DNA of 14,026 bases from a bacterium (GCA_963663405.2 CAXXSM010000135.1:1-14026); one strand, 5' to 3'. Positions 1 through 9,207 are shown, counted from the first letter of the stretch. Notes: generated from the letters alone by a model not told the origin. Program-made: numbers and translations.

Positions 1-1
1 C

Positions 2-1849
2 GCCCAAGGCGAAGACGTCGTCGCCGGAACCCGTACCCCCAACCCCATTAACAACGCGGGTAAAGGGGAACAAAGCAAACACCTCGACTCCCTCGAAGAC
101 GCCGCTCCCAAAATTTACAAACAATTGGACGGCATCCAGAAGAAACTCGAAAAACATTACCACGATATGCTGGATATCGAATTCACGATCCAAGAAGGCG
201 TCCTTTGGATGCTCCAATGCCGGGTTGGGAAGCGAAATGGACCGGCCGCCGTCCGCATGGCTGTGGAAATGTGCGAAGAAAAGATGATCAACAAGAAGGA
301 AGCCGTTCTCCGCGTCTCACCCGCCCAACTGGACGAACTGCTTCATCCCATCATCGATCCTGCTGTTGAAAAGAAAACCCAGATCCTGGCCAAAGGTCTT
401 CCCGCCGGTCCGGGTGGCGCCAGCGGTCAAATCGTCTTCACTGCGGACGCCGCAGTTGAATGGAAGAAGCAAGGCAAAAAAGTGATCCTCGTCCGTGAAG
501 AAACCAACCCTGAAGACGTCGAAGGTATGCGCGCCGCTGTCGCCATTCTTACCGCCCGTGGCGGGATGACCAGTCATGCGGCCCTCGTCGCCCGTGGGTG
601 GGGCATGTGTTGTATCGTCGGCGCCGGCGCCCTGGAAATTGACTCTGTCAAAAAAACCATGTCCGTCGACGGTAAAAAATTCACCGAAGGCGACGTCCTC
701 ACCCTCAATGGCACCAAGGGATATATCTACGAAGGCGAACTCCCCTTGATCGAAGCTGGCGAAGGCAACGAATACTTTGATAAATTCTTGGTCATCTGCG
801 ATTCCGTCCGGAAATTGAAAGTCCGCACCAACGCGGAAAGCCCCGAAGACGCAAAGAAAGCCCGCGAATTCGGCGCCGAAGGAATCGGATTGTTCCGCAC
901 CGAACACATGTTCTATGGCGAAGGCTCCGAGCAGCCGCTTTCCAAACTGCGTAAGATGATCCTCGCCGAAGACGAAGCGGAACGCCGTAAAGCCCTCGAA
1001 GAACTCTATCCCTTTGTTCAAAAAGATATTAAAGGCACCCTCCTCGCGATGGATGGACTGCCTGTTACCTTCCGTCTGCTGGATCCGCCTCTCCACGAGT
1101 TCGTTCCACAGGGCAAAACAGAAATCTCCAAACTGTGCGACGAATTAGGGATCAGCCAGTCCGAATTCAAGCGCCGGGGGGACGCGCTCCACGAAATGAA
1201 TCCCATGATGGGACACCGGGGTGTCCGCTTGGGCGTTACGTTCCCCGAAATCGCGGAAATGCAGATTCGCGCGATCTTCGACGCTACCGCCGAACTCTTG
1301 AAAGACGGCAAAGATCCGTACCCCGAAATCATGATCCCCGTTGTGAGTCTCGTCGGTGAACTGGAAGATCAATACAAAATCGTCAAACAGATTTACAAAG
1401 AAGTCACCGAAAAACACGGCATAAAGAAAATCCCTCATATGGTCGGCACCATGATCGAAATTCCTCGCGCCTGCCTTGTCGCCGGGAAAATCGCCGAAGT
1501 CGCCGAATTCTTCTCCTTCGGCACCAACGACCTAACTCAAATGGGCTTTGGATACAGCCGTGACGATTCCGGTGGATTCCTCCCCGTTTACGTCGAAAAA
1601 GGCCTCCTTCCCGCCGATCCATTCCAGACCCTTGACCAGGAAGGTATTGGCGAATTGGTTCAAATCGCCTGCGAACGTGGCCGTGAAACACGAAAAAAAC
1701 TGAAATTGGGAATTTGCGGCGAACACGGCGGCGATCCAGAATCCGTCGAATTCTGTCACCGGGTAGGGTTGGATTACGTCTCCTGCTCTCCCTTCCGCGT
1801 GCCAATCGCCCGCCACTCGGCCGCTTGCGCGGTGGCCAAAGAGAAATAA
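2..1849 (+). CDS. ppdK: Pyruvate, phosphate dikinase (5'-partial; begins before the window)
   Basis: The frame is open from base 2 (AQGEDVVAGTRTP, a PPDK motif), so the ORF-track start at 125 is internal. It has the phospho-His motif GGMTSHAALVARG, plus GIGLFRTEHMF, NPMMGHRGVRLG, FFSFGTNDLTQ and catalytic-Cys GICGEHGG. Stop TAA ends at 1849. Confidence 0.97.
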   Translation, partial: AQGEDVVAGTRTPNPINNAGKGEQSKHLDSLEDAAPKIYKQLDGIQKKLEKHYHDMLDIEFTIQEGVLWMLQCRVGKRNGPAAVRMAVEMCEEKMINKKEAVLRVSPAQLDELLHPIIDPAVEKKTQILAKGLPAGPGGASGQIVFTADAAVEWKKQGKKVILVREETNPEDVEGMRAAVAILTARGGMTSHAALVARGWGMCCIVGAGALEIDSVKKTMSVDGKKFTEGDVLTLNGTKGYIYEGELPLIEAGEGNEYFDKFLVICDSVRKLKVRTNAESPEDAKKAREFGAEGIGLFRTEHMFYGEGSEQPLSKLRKMILAEDEAERRKALEELYPFVQKDIKGTLLAMDGLPVTFRLLDPPLHEFVPQGKTEISKLCDELGISQSEFKRRGDALHEMNPMMGHRGVRLGVTFPEIAEMQIRAIFDATAELLKDGKDPYPEIMIPVVSLVGELEDQYKIVKQIYKEVTEKHGIKKIPHMVGTMIEIPRACLVAGKIAEVAEFFSFGTNDLTQMGFGYSRDDSGGFLPVYVEKGLLPADPFQTLDQEGIGELVQIACERGRETRKKLKLGICGEHGGDPESVEFCHRVGLDYVSCSPFRVPIARHSAACAVAKEK

Positions 1850-1878
1850 TCTCCTTCTAATAAGAGAACGTTACAAGC

Positions 1879-1910
1879 GAAGACCGGCGCACTGCCGGTC
1901 TTCCTTTTTT
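1879..1910 (+). terminator. Rho-independent terminator of ppdK
   Basis: Perfect 10-bp stem GAAGACCGGC (1879-1888) / GCCGGTCTTC (1894-1903), 5-nt loop, then C and T6 (1905-1910), 30 nt after the ppdK stop. Confidence 0.9.
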
Positions 1911-2228
1911 CTATTAATCCCTCTAAACGTCAACGGCTAATAGAATCCCTCATCTGAAAGAGGATTGTATAGGTTTATATTGAATTTCTATGTCTCCATT
2001 CAATCATTTTTCTCTCCAGAATACGGGGAAGATACCATTTCCCATAGTCATAATACAATAAAATCGATACTTCTATCTTCTGGAGTTATAGACTCCCATA
2101 AATTTTTTTATAAAACTCGCATTTATGAATTGTTTCTTTTTTAATAAGAAATACACTATTATAAAGCAATATGTTTTTATACTTTCTCAATTGAAACCCG
2201 AATAATACCGTTTAAAAGGAGGACAAAT
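1911..2228 (+). promoter_or_regulatory. AT-rich promoter region of the che operon, with the cheY RBS
   Basis: Non-coding AT-rich stretch after a terminator. Shine-Dalgarno AGGAGG at 2217-2222, 6 nt before the GTG. Weak sigma70-like candidate TTGTTT(2130-2135)-N16-TACACT(2152-2157). The exact promoter is not established. Confidence 0.5.
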
Positions 2229-2594
2229 GTGGGCGAAAAGATAATGATCGTAGATGACGCAGCATTCATGCGAGCTACGCTCAAGGATGTTCTCGTCAAA
2301 GGGGGATATGAGGTTGTTTGTGAAGCGGTCAACGGGAAAGACGCCGTAGATAAATATAAGATTCACAATCCTGATATCGTCACGATGGACATTACAATGC
2401 CGGAAATGGATGGACTGGAAGCGTTGAAACATATTTGCGCAGCGGACGGAAACGCTAAAGTGATCATGTGCAGCGCGATCGGGCAACAGCAAAACGTCCT
2501 CGAAGCTATAAAAAACGGCGCGAAAGACTTTATCGTAAAACCATTCAAACCAGAAAGAATCATTGACGCTTTAAAAAAAGTCGCCGCTGGATAA
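2229..2594 (+). CDS. cheY: Chemotaxis response regulator CheY
   Basis: Stand-alone 121-aa receiver: IMIVDDAAFMR, PDIVTMDITMPEMDG (phospho-Asp), VIMCSA, DFIVKPF. Resembles Bacillus/Thermotoga-type CheY. Strong RBS and che context. Confidence 0.95.
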   Translation: MGEKIMIVDDAAFMRATLKDVLVKGGYEVVCEAVNGKDAVDKYKIHNPDIVTMDITMPEMDGLEALKHICAADGNAKVIMCSAIGQQQNVLEAIKNGAKDFIVKPFKPERIIDALKKVAAG

Positions 2595-2689
2595 CAGAAC
2601 CAGAATTCATTCTTGCCATCCGGCATTTTAATGTATTGGGAATTCCTCTCCGGCTTTTTTTAATTTGATATCTGTTTAAGGAGATCCCC

Positions 2690-3166
2690 ATGAAGGTGGA
2701 ATATGTTAATCCCTTCATTGAATCCGCTTCCGAAGTTATAGAAGAAATTGCAAACATGAAATCCCAACGGGGTCAGCTCTCCATGAAAGATCCCAATACT
2801 CCTTTCCGGGATGTCTGCGCCATTCTCGGCGTCATAGGAACCGTCAAAGGTCAAGTCATTTATGGATTTGATGAGCCGACGGCGAAAGGAATCGTCTCCC
2901 GGATGATGATGGGCGCCGAAGTCCCCGAATTTGACGATATGGCGCGCAGCGCTCTCGGTGAACTGGGTAACATTATCACTGGGAAAGCGTCCGTCAGCCT
3001 GGAAACCGAAGGATATCCAATTGAAATTTCTCCTCCCACTTTGGTGATGGCCCAAAACGTCCGGATCTCTTCCCTCAAAATCCCGATGATCGTCGTCCCG
3101 CTGGAAACCGAAGAAGGGGTTATCGATATCTATATTGGCTTAGAAGAATCCGATAAATTATCCTGA
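2690..3166 (+). CDS. cheX: CheY-P phosphatase CheX (CheC/CheX family)
   Basis: 158 aa with the typical N-terminus MKVEYVNPFIESA, a single E-x2-N active-site motif (SALGELGNII) and IEISPP. RBS AAGGAG upstream. Confidence 0.9.
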   Translation: MKVEYVNPFIESASEVIEEIANMKSQRGQLSMKDPNTPFRDVCAILGVIGTVKGQVIYGFDEPTAKGIVSRMMMGAEVPEFDDMARSALGELGNIITGKASVSLETEGYPIEISPPTLVMAQNVRISSLKIPMIVVPLETEEGVIDIYIGLEESDKLS

Positions 3167-3188
3167 TACCACCTAGGGAGTAATCTCG

Positions 3189-4082
3189 ATGGCTCGAACC
3201 ACGAACATATTGAATACACCGAAACCAACGCCATCCTCCTCTGGCTCTTCCATTCTCTCCTTTTCAATAACGGATAAAGAATTCAATACCTTACGTCAAC
3301 TCATCTACGACATCACGGGGATTGAGATCAAACCCCATAAAAAACCGCTCCTTGTCAACCGGCTTACTAAACGGCTTCGTATTCTGGGGATCAACAATTT
3401 CACGTCCTATTTATCCTACTTGAAAACCGCTTCAAATCGCACGCAAGAAATGACCGAATTGATCGACGCGATCACAACGAACAAAACGGATTTCTTTCGA
3501 GAACCAAAGCATTACACCTATTTGGAACACCATGTGGTCCCCGAATTGATCAAGACAAAACCTCCAGGAACATTACGCGTCTGGTCTTCCGCCTGTTCCA
3601 CCGGCGAAGAGCCATACACCCTGGCGATCTGTTTCTCGGAATACTTCTCCAAACATCCAGGTTGGAAAATCGATATCCAGGCCTCCGATATTAGTGAAAC
3701 CTGTCTCCGTCATGCGACGACGGGAATCTACGACCAAGACCGTGTGAATCCAATCCCCCCCAATTTGCTGCGCAAGTACTTTCTCCGCGGCGATAACCGG
3801 TACAAAATTAAACCGGAGCTTACCCGTTTGATCTCCTTCAAAAAAGTCAATTTACAACACGATTTCCAACGGCATTTCAAAAATTTCGATATCGTTTTTT
3901 GCCGGAACGTGCTGATCTATTTCAATCAACCCACACAAGCCGAAATCATTAAAAAATTCTGGCAGGTTCTGCGCCCAGATGGATATCTCTTTCTTGGGCA
4001 CAGTGAAACATTACACGGAATGAAAACATCCTTTCAATATCTTGCTCCGTCGATCTACAGAAAAACCTCTGTGCCGGCGTGA
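3189..4082 (+). CDS. cheR: Chemotaxis protein-glutamate methyltransferase CheR
   Basis: Motifs ITTNKTDFFRE, LRVWSSACSTGEEPYTLA, ASDIS, FDIVFCRNVLIYF, GYLFLGHSE. RBS-like AGGGAG upstream. Confidence 0.95.
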   Translation: MARTTNILNTPKPTPSSSGSSILSFSITDKEFNTLRQLIYDITGIEIKPHKKPLLVNRLTKRLRILGINNFTSYLSYLKTASNRTQEMTELIDAITTNKTDFFREPKHYTYLEHHVVPELIKTKPPGTLRVWSSACSTGEEPYTLAICFSEYFSKHPGWKIDIQASDISETCLRHATTGIYDQDRVNPIPPNLLRKYFLRGDNRYKIKPELTRLISFKKVNLQHDFQRHFKNFDIVFCRNVLIYFNQPTQAEIIKKFWQVLRPDGYLFLGHSETLHGMKTSFQYLAPSIYRKTSVPA

Positions 4083-4100
4083 CACGTGAGGAGTGAATTC

Positions 4101-6218
4101 ATGTCTTTTGATACCCAACAATATATCGAACTCTTTTTTCAAGAAGCGGAAGAGCATATTGAATTAATGACAGAGTCTTTGTTGGATCTGGAACGAAATA
4201 CATCCGATAAGGAAGCCCTTGGCGCCCTCTTCCGCGCCGCGCATACGATCAAATCCTCCTCCGCCATGGTCGGATTCATGCACATCAGTGAATTCACTCA
4301 TAAAATGGAAGATCTGATCGGCTACCTCCGGGACAATGACATCGAAATCGATTCCAATACAGTTGACCTTCTCTTCAACGCCTTTGACTTGCTCAAGGAT
4401 ATGATGGGTCAGCTCCAGGATAAAGACACCGAAGCGAGCCGGAATGAACTGAAACATAAATCCGACGCCTTGATCGCGAGATTTCAAAAAATCCTGCACG
4501 GCGAAAGCGCCGCGGATGAAGAAAAACCCGAAGAAGAAAAAGCCACTCCACAAGCCGTACTGCCACGCATTCATATGGACGCAGAAACACGGACGAAGGT
4601 AGAAGAAATCCGCCTGAGCGGTGAAAAAATATACGAAATTATTGTCCAATTCAATAAAGATGCGGAAATGGTCTCCACACGCGCATTTCTTGTCGTCAAT
4701 AATCTTTCTCAAGTCGGAATGGTGCTCAAAACCGAACCCGATCTGGATGATGAATCCCAAGCATTCGATAACTGCTTCGCCATCTTATACTCCTCACAAT
4801 TCAACATGGATAAGGTGAAGAAACTCTGTGAAGTTTCGGAAGTCGAAAACGTTATTATTGAAGACGCGACACAAACCGAACAATTCGAATGGCCCGAAGA
4901 GGAAAAAACTGGGGAACAAGAAATCGCAACGGAATCAGAAACGGAAGAAGAGAAAGAATCCGGCGCCGCCACAGTTGAAAAAGAAACAACCACTTCCTTC
5001 GACCGCCGCGAAGACCGCTCGCTGTCTCAAACCGTCCGGGTCAATATCGAGAAACTCGACCGGCTCCTTAACCTGGCGGCTGAAATGGTCATTCAACGAG
5101 GCCGCTCGCATGAATTATGCCGCCGCCTCGTTGAACAAACCAAAAAAGGGGGACTCGAAGAAGAAATCCTCGACTCCATCGTCCAACAGGGAATGTTTCT
5201 TTCTCAACTGCAAGAAACCATCATGGAAGCGCGCATGGTTCCAATCGGGATGGTCTTTTCCCGCTTCCGCCGGGTCGTCCGGGATTTAGCTCGGACCCGG
5301 GAGAAAAAAATCAACTTGGTCATCGAAGGTGAGGAGACCGAACTGGACAAGAAAATTATCGACCAGATTGGGGATCCACTCATGCACATGATCCGCAATT
5401 CCATCGACCATGGACTCGAATTACCCGATGAACGAATCAAAGCCGGTAAACCCTCCGCTGGCAAACTCTATTTAAACGCAAGCCATCAAGGCAATAACAT
5501 CATTATCACCGTCCAAGACGATGGAAAAGGGATCAATACCGATGCAATCCGTAAAAGCGCCATCCAAAAAGGCGTGATTTCCGCGGATGAGGCGAATTCG
5601 CTCTCCGAAAAAGATTCCCTCAATCTCATTTTCCGCCCCGGCTTTTCTACGGCGGAAAAAGTGACGGATATCTCTGGACGTGGAGTGGGAATGGACGTTG
5701 TCCGCCGCTCGATTGAACAATTGGGCGGCTCCGTAGACATCGAGACGGAAATGGGGAAAGGCACAACGTTCCGGTTGAAACTCCCACTCACGTTGGCGAT
5801 CATCCAAGCCCTTTTAGTGGAAACCGCCAATGAGTTCTACGCGTTGCCCATCTCGAGCATTTCCGAAACCATTCGAATCACCAACAATGATATCTTTCGT
5901 GTCAAAGGCCAAGGCCAGGTGATTCGTCTCCGGGATGAAGTGGTTCCCATTCTCAATCTCCGCACCGTTGTCAACGCGTCTAATACTGAAATTGACGAGA
6001 ATCGGATCTATGTCGCCATACTGCGGCATGGGAATGATTTTGTCGGACTCATTGTGGACCGGATGGTCAACGAACAAGAAGTAGTCGTCAAAGCCCTTGA
6101 CGGAGAAATCTCCAACGCCGCATATATCGCCGGCGCCGCCATTCTTGGCGACGGCCGTGTGATCCTCATTCTCGACGTCGACACGCTGATTCAAAGAACA
6201 CTTGAATACGCTGTTTAA
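4101..6218 (+). CDS. cheA: Chemotaxis histidine kinase CheA (HPt, P2, dimerisation, HATPase, CheW-like P5)
   Basis: HPt FRAAHTIKSSS; P2-like domain (IYEIIVQF...RAFLVVNNL); acidic linker; TVRVNIEKLDRLLNL; N box HMIRNSIDHG; DDGKGI; G2 box SGRGVGMDVV; LPLTLAII; C-terminal GAAILGDGRVILILD. Start placed at ATG 4101 because GAGGAG lies at 4088-4093. Confidence 0.96.
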   Translation: MSFDTQQYIELFFQEAEEHIELMTESLLDLERNTSDKEALGALFRAAHTIKSSSAMVGFMHISEFTHKMEDLIGYLRDNDIEIDSNTVDLLFNAFDLLKDMMGQLQDKDTEASRNELKHKSDALIARFQKILHGESAADEEKPEEEKATPQAVLPRIHMDAETRTKVEEIRLSGEKIYEIIVQFNKDAEMVSTRAFLVVNNLSQVGMVLKTEPDLDDESQAFDNCFAILYSSQFNMDKVKKLCEVSEVENVIIEDATQTEQFEWPEEEKTGEQEIATESETEEEKESGAATVEKETTTSFDRREDRSLSQTVRVNIEKLDRLLNLAAEMVIQRGRSHELCRRLVEQTKKGGLEEEILDSIVQQGMFLSQLQETIMEARMVPIGMVFSRFRRVVRDLARTREKKINLVIEGEETELDKKIIDQIGDPLMHMIRNSIDHGLELPDERIKAGKPSAGKLYLNASHQGNNIIITVQDDGKGINTDAIRKSAIQKGVISADEANSLSEKDSLNLIFRPGFSTAEKVTDISGRGVGMDVVRRSIEQLGGSVDIETEMGKGTTFRLKLPLTLAIIQALLVETANEFYALPISSISETIRITNNDIFRVKGQGQVIRLRDEVVPILNLRTVVNASNTEIDENRIYVAILRHGNDFVGLIVDRMVNEQEVVVKALDGEISNAAYIAGAAILGDGRVILILDVDTLIQRTLEYAV

Positions 6219-6276
6219 TCATCCGTGCGTTTCCCAAAACTGTCGAACTTTGCCTAGAAAAAAGGATGATGATAGT

Positions 6277-7377
6277 ATGCTCAAAAAAATCCGTGTATTA
6301 ATCGTAGACGATTCCGCGCTCGTGCGCAAAATGCTGACGGACGCGCTGAATCTACATCCGAGAATTGAAGTCGTCGGAACCGCGCAAGATGGAAGTTTTG
6401 TAATGAAAAAAATCGAGCAGCTGGAACCTGACGTCATCACACTCGATGTTGAAATGAGAATGAAGGGAGGCCTTGAAGTGCTTCCCGAAATCGTCAATAC
6501 GGCGAACCTTCCCGTAATCATGGTCAGCGCCCACACCGAACGTGGCGCCAAAACGACGATTCAAGCGCTTGAACTCGGCGCCATTGATTTCGTGACAAAA
6601 CCGCAAGCCTACGGCGCCGGAAGCGTCGAGGAAATTGCGAAAGAACTAACTCAAAAAATCATTACGGCGTCCAGTATCAAACCCACTTTCCGCCGAAGGC
6701 GTCTCCCCATCAAACCCGGCGCCGCGCCCCCACAACCAGCCGCGCCAAGACCCATCCCCCATATCAGCAAGAAACTTAACCTTGACATGATCGCGATCGG
6801 CGCGTCCACTGGAGGGACGGAAGCGATCAAAGATATCCTGGTCAATCTGCCCAACAATCTGCCCGGCATTGCGATCGTGCAGCATATGCCCGCCGGATTT
6901 ACCCGCGCGTTTTCCGAACGGTTGGATTCCTTGTGTTCCATTAAAGTGAAAGAGGCCGAAGACAACGATCCTATCCAGCCGGGAACCGCTCTCATCGCGC
7001 CCGGCAGCCATCATATTGCGGTGAAGCGAGCCGGAACCGGTTATATTGTGAAATTATTGAGCACCCCCCCCGTGAACCGGCACCGCCCTTCTGTCGACGT
7101 GTTATTCCATACCGCCTGTGAAACGGTTGGCTCCCGTTGTATGGGAATTATCCTGACCGGGATGGGTGGAGATGGATCGGTGGGCATGAAAGCGATGTAC
7201 GACAAAGGTTCTTTCACAATCGCGCAAGACGAACAATCCTGTGTCGTTTTTGGTATGCCGAAAGAAGCGATCAAACTCGGTGGCGCGACGGAAATATTCC
7301 CGCTTGAAGATATCCCCCCCTTTATGATCGCCTCCATTTCTCCCCGCGTGGGAGGTTTGAAAAAACCTTTCCAATAG
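6277..7377 (+). CDS. cheB: Chemotaxis methylesterase CheB (REC + methylesterase)
   Basis: Receiver IRVLIVDDS...PDVITLDVEM...DFVTKP, a Pro-rich linker, and the catalytic triad motifs GASTGG, VQHMP, LTGMGGDG, plus HRPSVDVLF. Start placed at ATG 6277 (AAAGGA at 6261-6266) rather than 6202, which overlaps cheA. Confidence 0.95.
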   Translation: MLKKIRVLIVDDSALVRKMLTDALNLHPRIEVVGTAQDGSFVMKKIEQLEPDVITLDVEMRMKGGLEVLPEIVNTANLPVIMVSAHTERGAKTTIQALELGAIDFVTKPQAYGAGSVEEIAKELTQKIITASSIKPTFRRRRLPIKPGAAPPQPAAPRPIPHISKKLNLDMIAIGASTGGTEAIKDILVNLPNNLPGIAIVQHMPAGFTRAFSERLDSLCSIKVKEAEDNDPIQPGTALIAPGSHHIAVKRAGTGYIVKLLSTPPVNRHRPSVDVLFHTACETVGSRCMGIILTGMGGDGSVGMKAMYDKGSFTIAQDEQSCVVFGMPKEAIKLGGATEIFPLEDIPPFMIASISPRVGGLKKPFQ

Positions 7378-7531
7378 ATTCTTTTAAGGCCAATCTGCAA
7401 ATTTACCTCTCGGAATTCATCCATATAAGACCGAGCAGCCGCGAGGATTGCTTTAACTAAAAGAATTTGCAGAAACTGAATTCAAATAGATTTGGTTAGG
7501 CTTGATCATCCACTTGCATTTTCAGACGGCG

Positions 7532-8956
7532 CTAATCCCGCCGGTAATCACTCGCAGTAATCCCACATCGTGAGAGAACCCGGTAAAACGCCTCTCGTGT
7601 CAATCCCGCCCGTTGCGCGGCCATACGCACGTCCCCCATCGTGCTCTCCAACATATTTTGAACATACGACCGCTCCGCCTTTAAAGTCATTTCCTCCCGG
7701 AATGTCTTAAAATCCTTATCGATCGTGGCATGGATCGCGTCTTCTGGAGTGATTGACGAATCGGATTCCGTGATCTCCCGGTCCAAACCTTCCACACCAA
7801 TCCGGATTCCTTGTGAATGGAAAAACGCCGCTTCCACAGCGAATTTCAATTGCCGCACATTCCCGGGCCAAGAATAGGAACAGAGATGACGCATCGCCTG
7901 CTCCGTAAACTCGACGTCATTCATTTCTTCCCGAAACGTAATCGTCTCAAGAAAATGACGGACTAAATAGGGGATATCCCCCGTCCGCTCCCGAAGCGGC
8001 GGCACTTCGATTCGCTCTGCGGAGATGCGGTAATAGAGATCCGTCCGAAAATCCCCTTTTTTCGTCAGATCAAGTAAATTCCGGTTTGTCGCGCAGATGA
8101 TCCGGAAATCACTCTTCACTTCTTTGGCGCCGCCCACAGGACGAAAACGCTTGGTTTCCAAGCACCGCAGTAATTTCGGTTGGATATCTGGATTAAATTC
8201 CCCGATTTCATCAAAGAATAAAACACCTCCATCCGCCTCTTTTAATAATCCTTTTTTATCGATAGCCCCCGTAAACGCGCCCTTTGAACATCCAAAAAGA
8301 ATGGATTCAAACAAGGATTCCGGCGTCGCGGTGCAATCCATAATAATAAACGGACCTTGGCTGCGGGAACTATTCAGATGAATCGCTTTCGCGATATACT
8401 CCTTGCCAACGCCAGTCTCCCCCTCGATCAAAACAGGCAACGTCGATTCCGCCGCCCTGAGCAGCGCCTCATACACGGATTGCATGAGAGGTGAGGGACA
8501 AATCACTCCTGGAAAATCAAATTCCATGTGGCGAGCTTTTTGACGAAGCGCATGCTCCCGCCGTAAATAGGAGTATTCTTCAATCCGCTCCATCTTGCTT
8601 TTTAATAAATCCGGGGTGATTGGTTTTGTAAGAAAATCCCAGGCCCCCGCCTGCATCGACTCAACAGCGCAGTCGATTGTCGCATATCCTGTAACGATCA
8701 TTGCAATCAGCGCAGGATTCCTCTCCCGCAATTGCCGCATCAACTGAACCCCGGTCCGGTCCGATAACCGGTAATCGAGAATCGCCACCGCGAACGCTTT
8801 ATTTTCTGTTAATTTGATCGCTTCAACCGCGTTATTCGCGCCTGTACAGGGATATCCCAAAGAACCTAATATTTTCAGAACAATATTGATTACATGCTCA
8901 TCATCATCAACAACGAGAACCGGCACATTTTTTAATTTGGATTCGGATGATTTCAT
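7532..8956 (-). CDS. Sigma54-dependent transcriptional activator, NtrC/AtoC family (REC-AAA+-Fis-type HTH)
   Basis: Intact receiver (VLVVDDD, AILDYRL, IVTGY, FLTKP), Walker A GETGVGKE, GAFTGA loop, Walker B LFFDEIGE, ICATNR, FRTDLYYRI, WPGNVRQL, and C-terminal HTH GDVRMAAQRAGLTREAFYRVL. Confidence 0.95.
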   Translation of the reverse strand: MKSSESKLKNVPVLVVDDDEHVINIVLKILGSLGYPCTGANNAVEAIKLTENKAFAVAILDYRLSDRTGVQLMRQLRERNPALIAMIVTGYATIDCAVESMQAGAWDFLTKPITPDLLKSKMERIEEYSYLRREHALRQKARHMEFDFPGVICPSPLMQSVYEALLRAAESTLPVLIEGETGVGKEYIAKAIHLNSSRSQGPFIIMDCTATPESLFESILFGCSKGAFTGAIDKKGLLKEADGGVLFFDEIGEFNPDIQPKLLRCLETKRFRPVGGAKEVKSDFRIICATNRNLLDLTKKGDFRTDLYYRISAERIEVPPLRERTGDIPYLVRHFLETITFREEMNDVEFTEQAMRHLCSYSWPGNVRQLKFAVEAAFFHSQGIRIGVEGLDREITESDSSITPEDAIHATIDKDFKTFREEMTLKAERSYVQNMLESTMGDVRMAAQRAGLTREAFYRVLSRCGITASDYRRD

Positions 8957-8988
8957 AATTAAATTTTTCCGGCTTCTTTCAAAATTTC

Positions 8989-9026
8989 TGTAACGAAATC
9001 CATTACATGTAATCGAGCAAGTAACA
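8989..9026. promoter_or_regulatory. Tandem palindromic sites, candidate enhancer (UAS) for the sigma54 activator
   Basis: TGTAA-N9-TTACA (8989-9007) directly followed by TGTAA-N9-TAACA (9008-9026), about 185-220 bp upstream of the -24 element. Function is inferred. Confidence 0.55.
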
Positions 9027-9207
9027 AATCAACATTATGCCCTAAAAGAGACTGAATCGGTTGAGCGGCGGTTAAGAACCAAACATTAAACGCGCTTCAG
9101 CTCCTCAAATTGAATAACACCTTAATTTTATTACACCTCAGGGCACATTTCCAGAAAAAAAGACTCAACGCAAATGAAATTCACGCTCTACTTCTTGATA
9201 GACGCTC

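Noticed and set aside
317-1816. Several ORFs antisense to or overlapping ppdK (e.g. 317..1096, 259 aa)
   Set aside because: Shadow frames of a strongly conserved gene, with no recognisable motifs.
6202-6276. N-terminal extension of CheB in the ORF track
   Set aside because: It overlaps the cheA end. The receiver domain begins right after ATG 6277, which has an RBS-like AAAGGA.
4164-7424. Antisense and alternate-frame ORFs within cheA and cheB, including the Lys-rich 4828..5289
   Set aside because: By-products of codon bias (the GAA-rich acidic linker read in another frame), fully nested in confident genes.
9129-9200. Faint resemblance to a c-di-GMP-I riboswitch (CAGGGCAC...GAAA...ACGCAAA)
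   Set aside because: The required stems do not pair, the GGCAAA and GACGCAAAG cores are imperfect, and it lies upstream of the predicted promoter.
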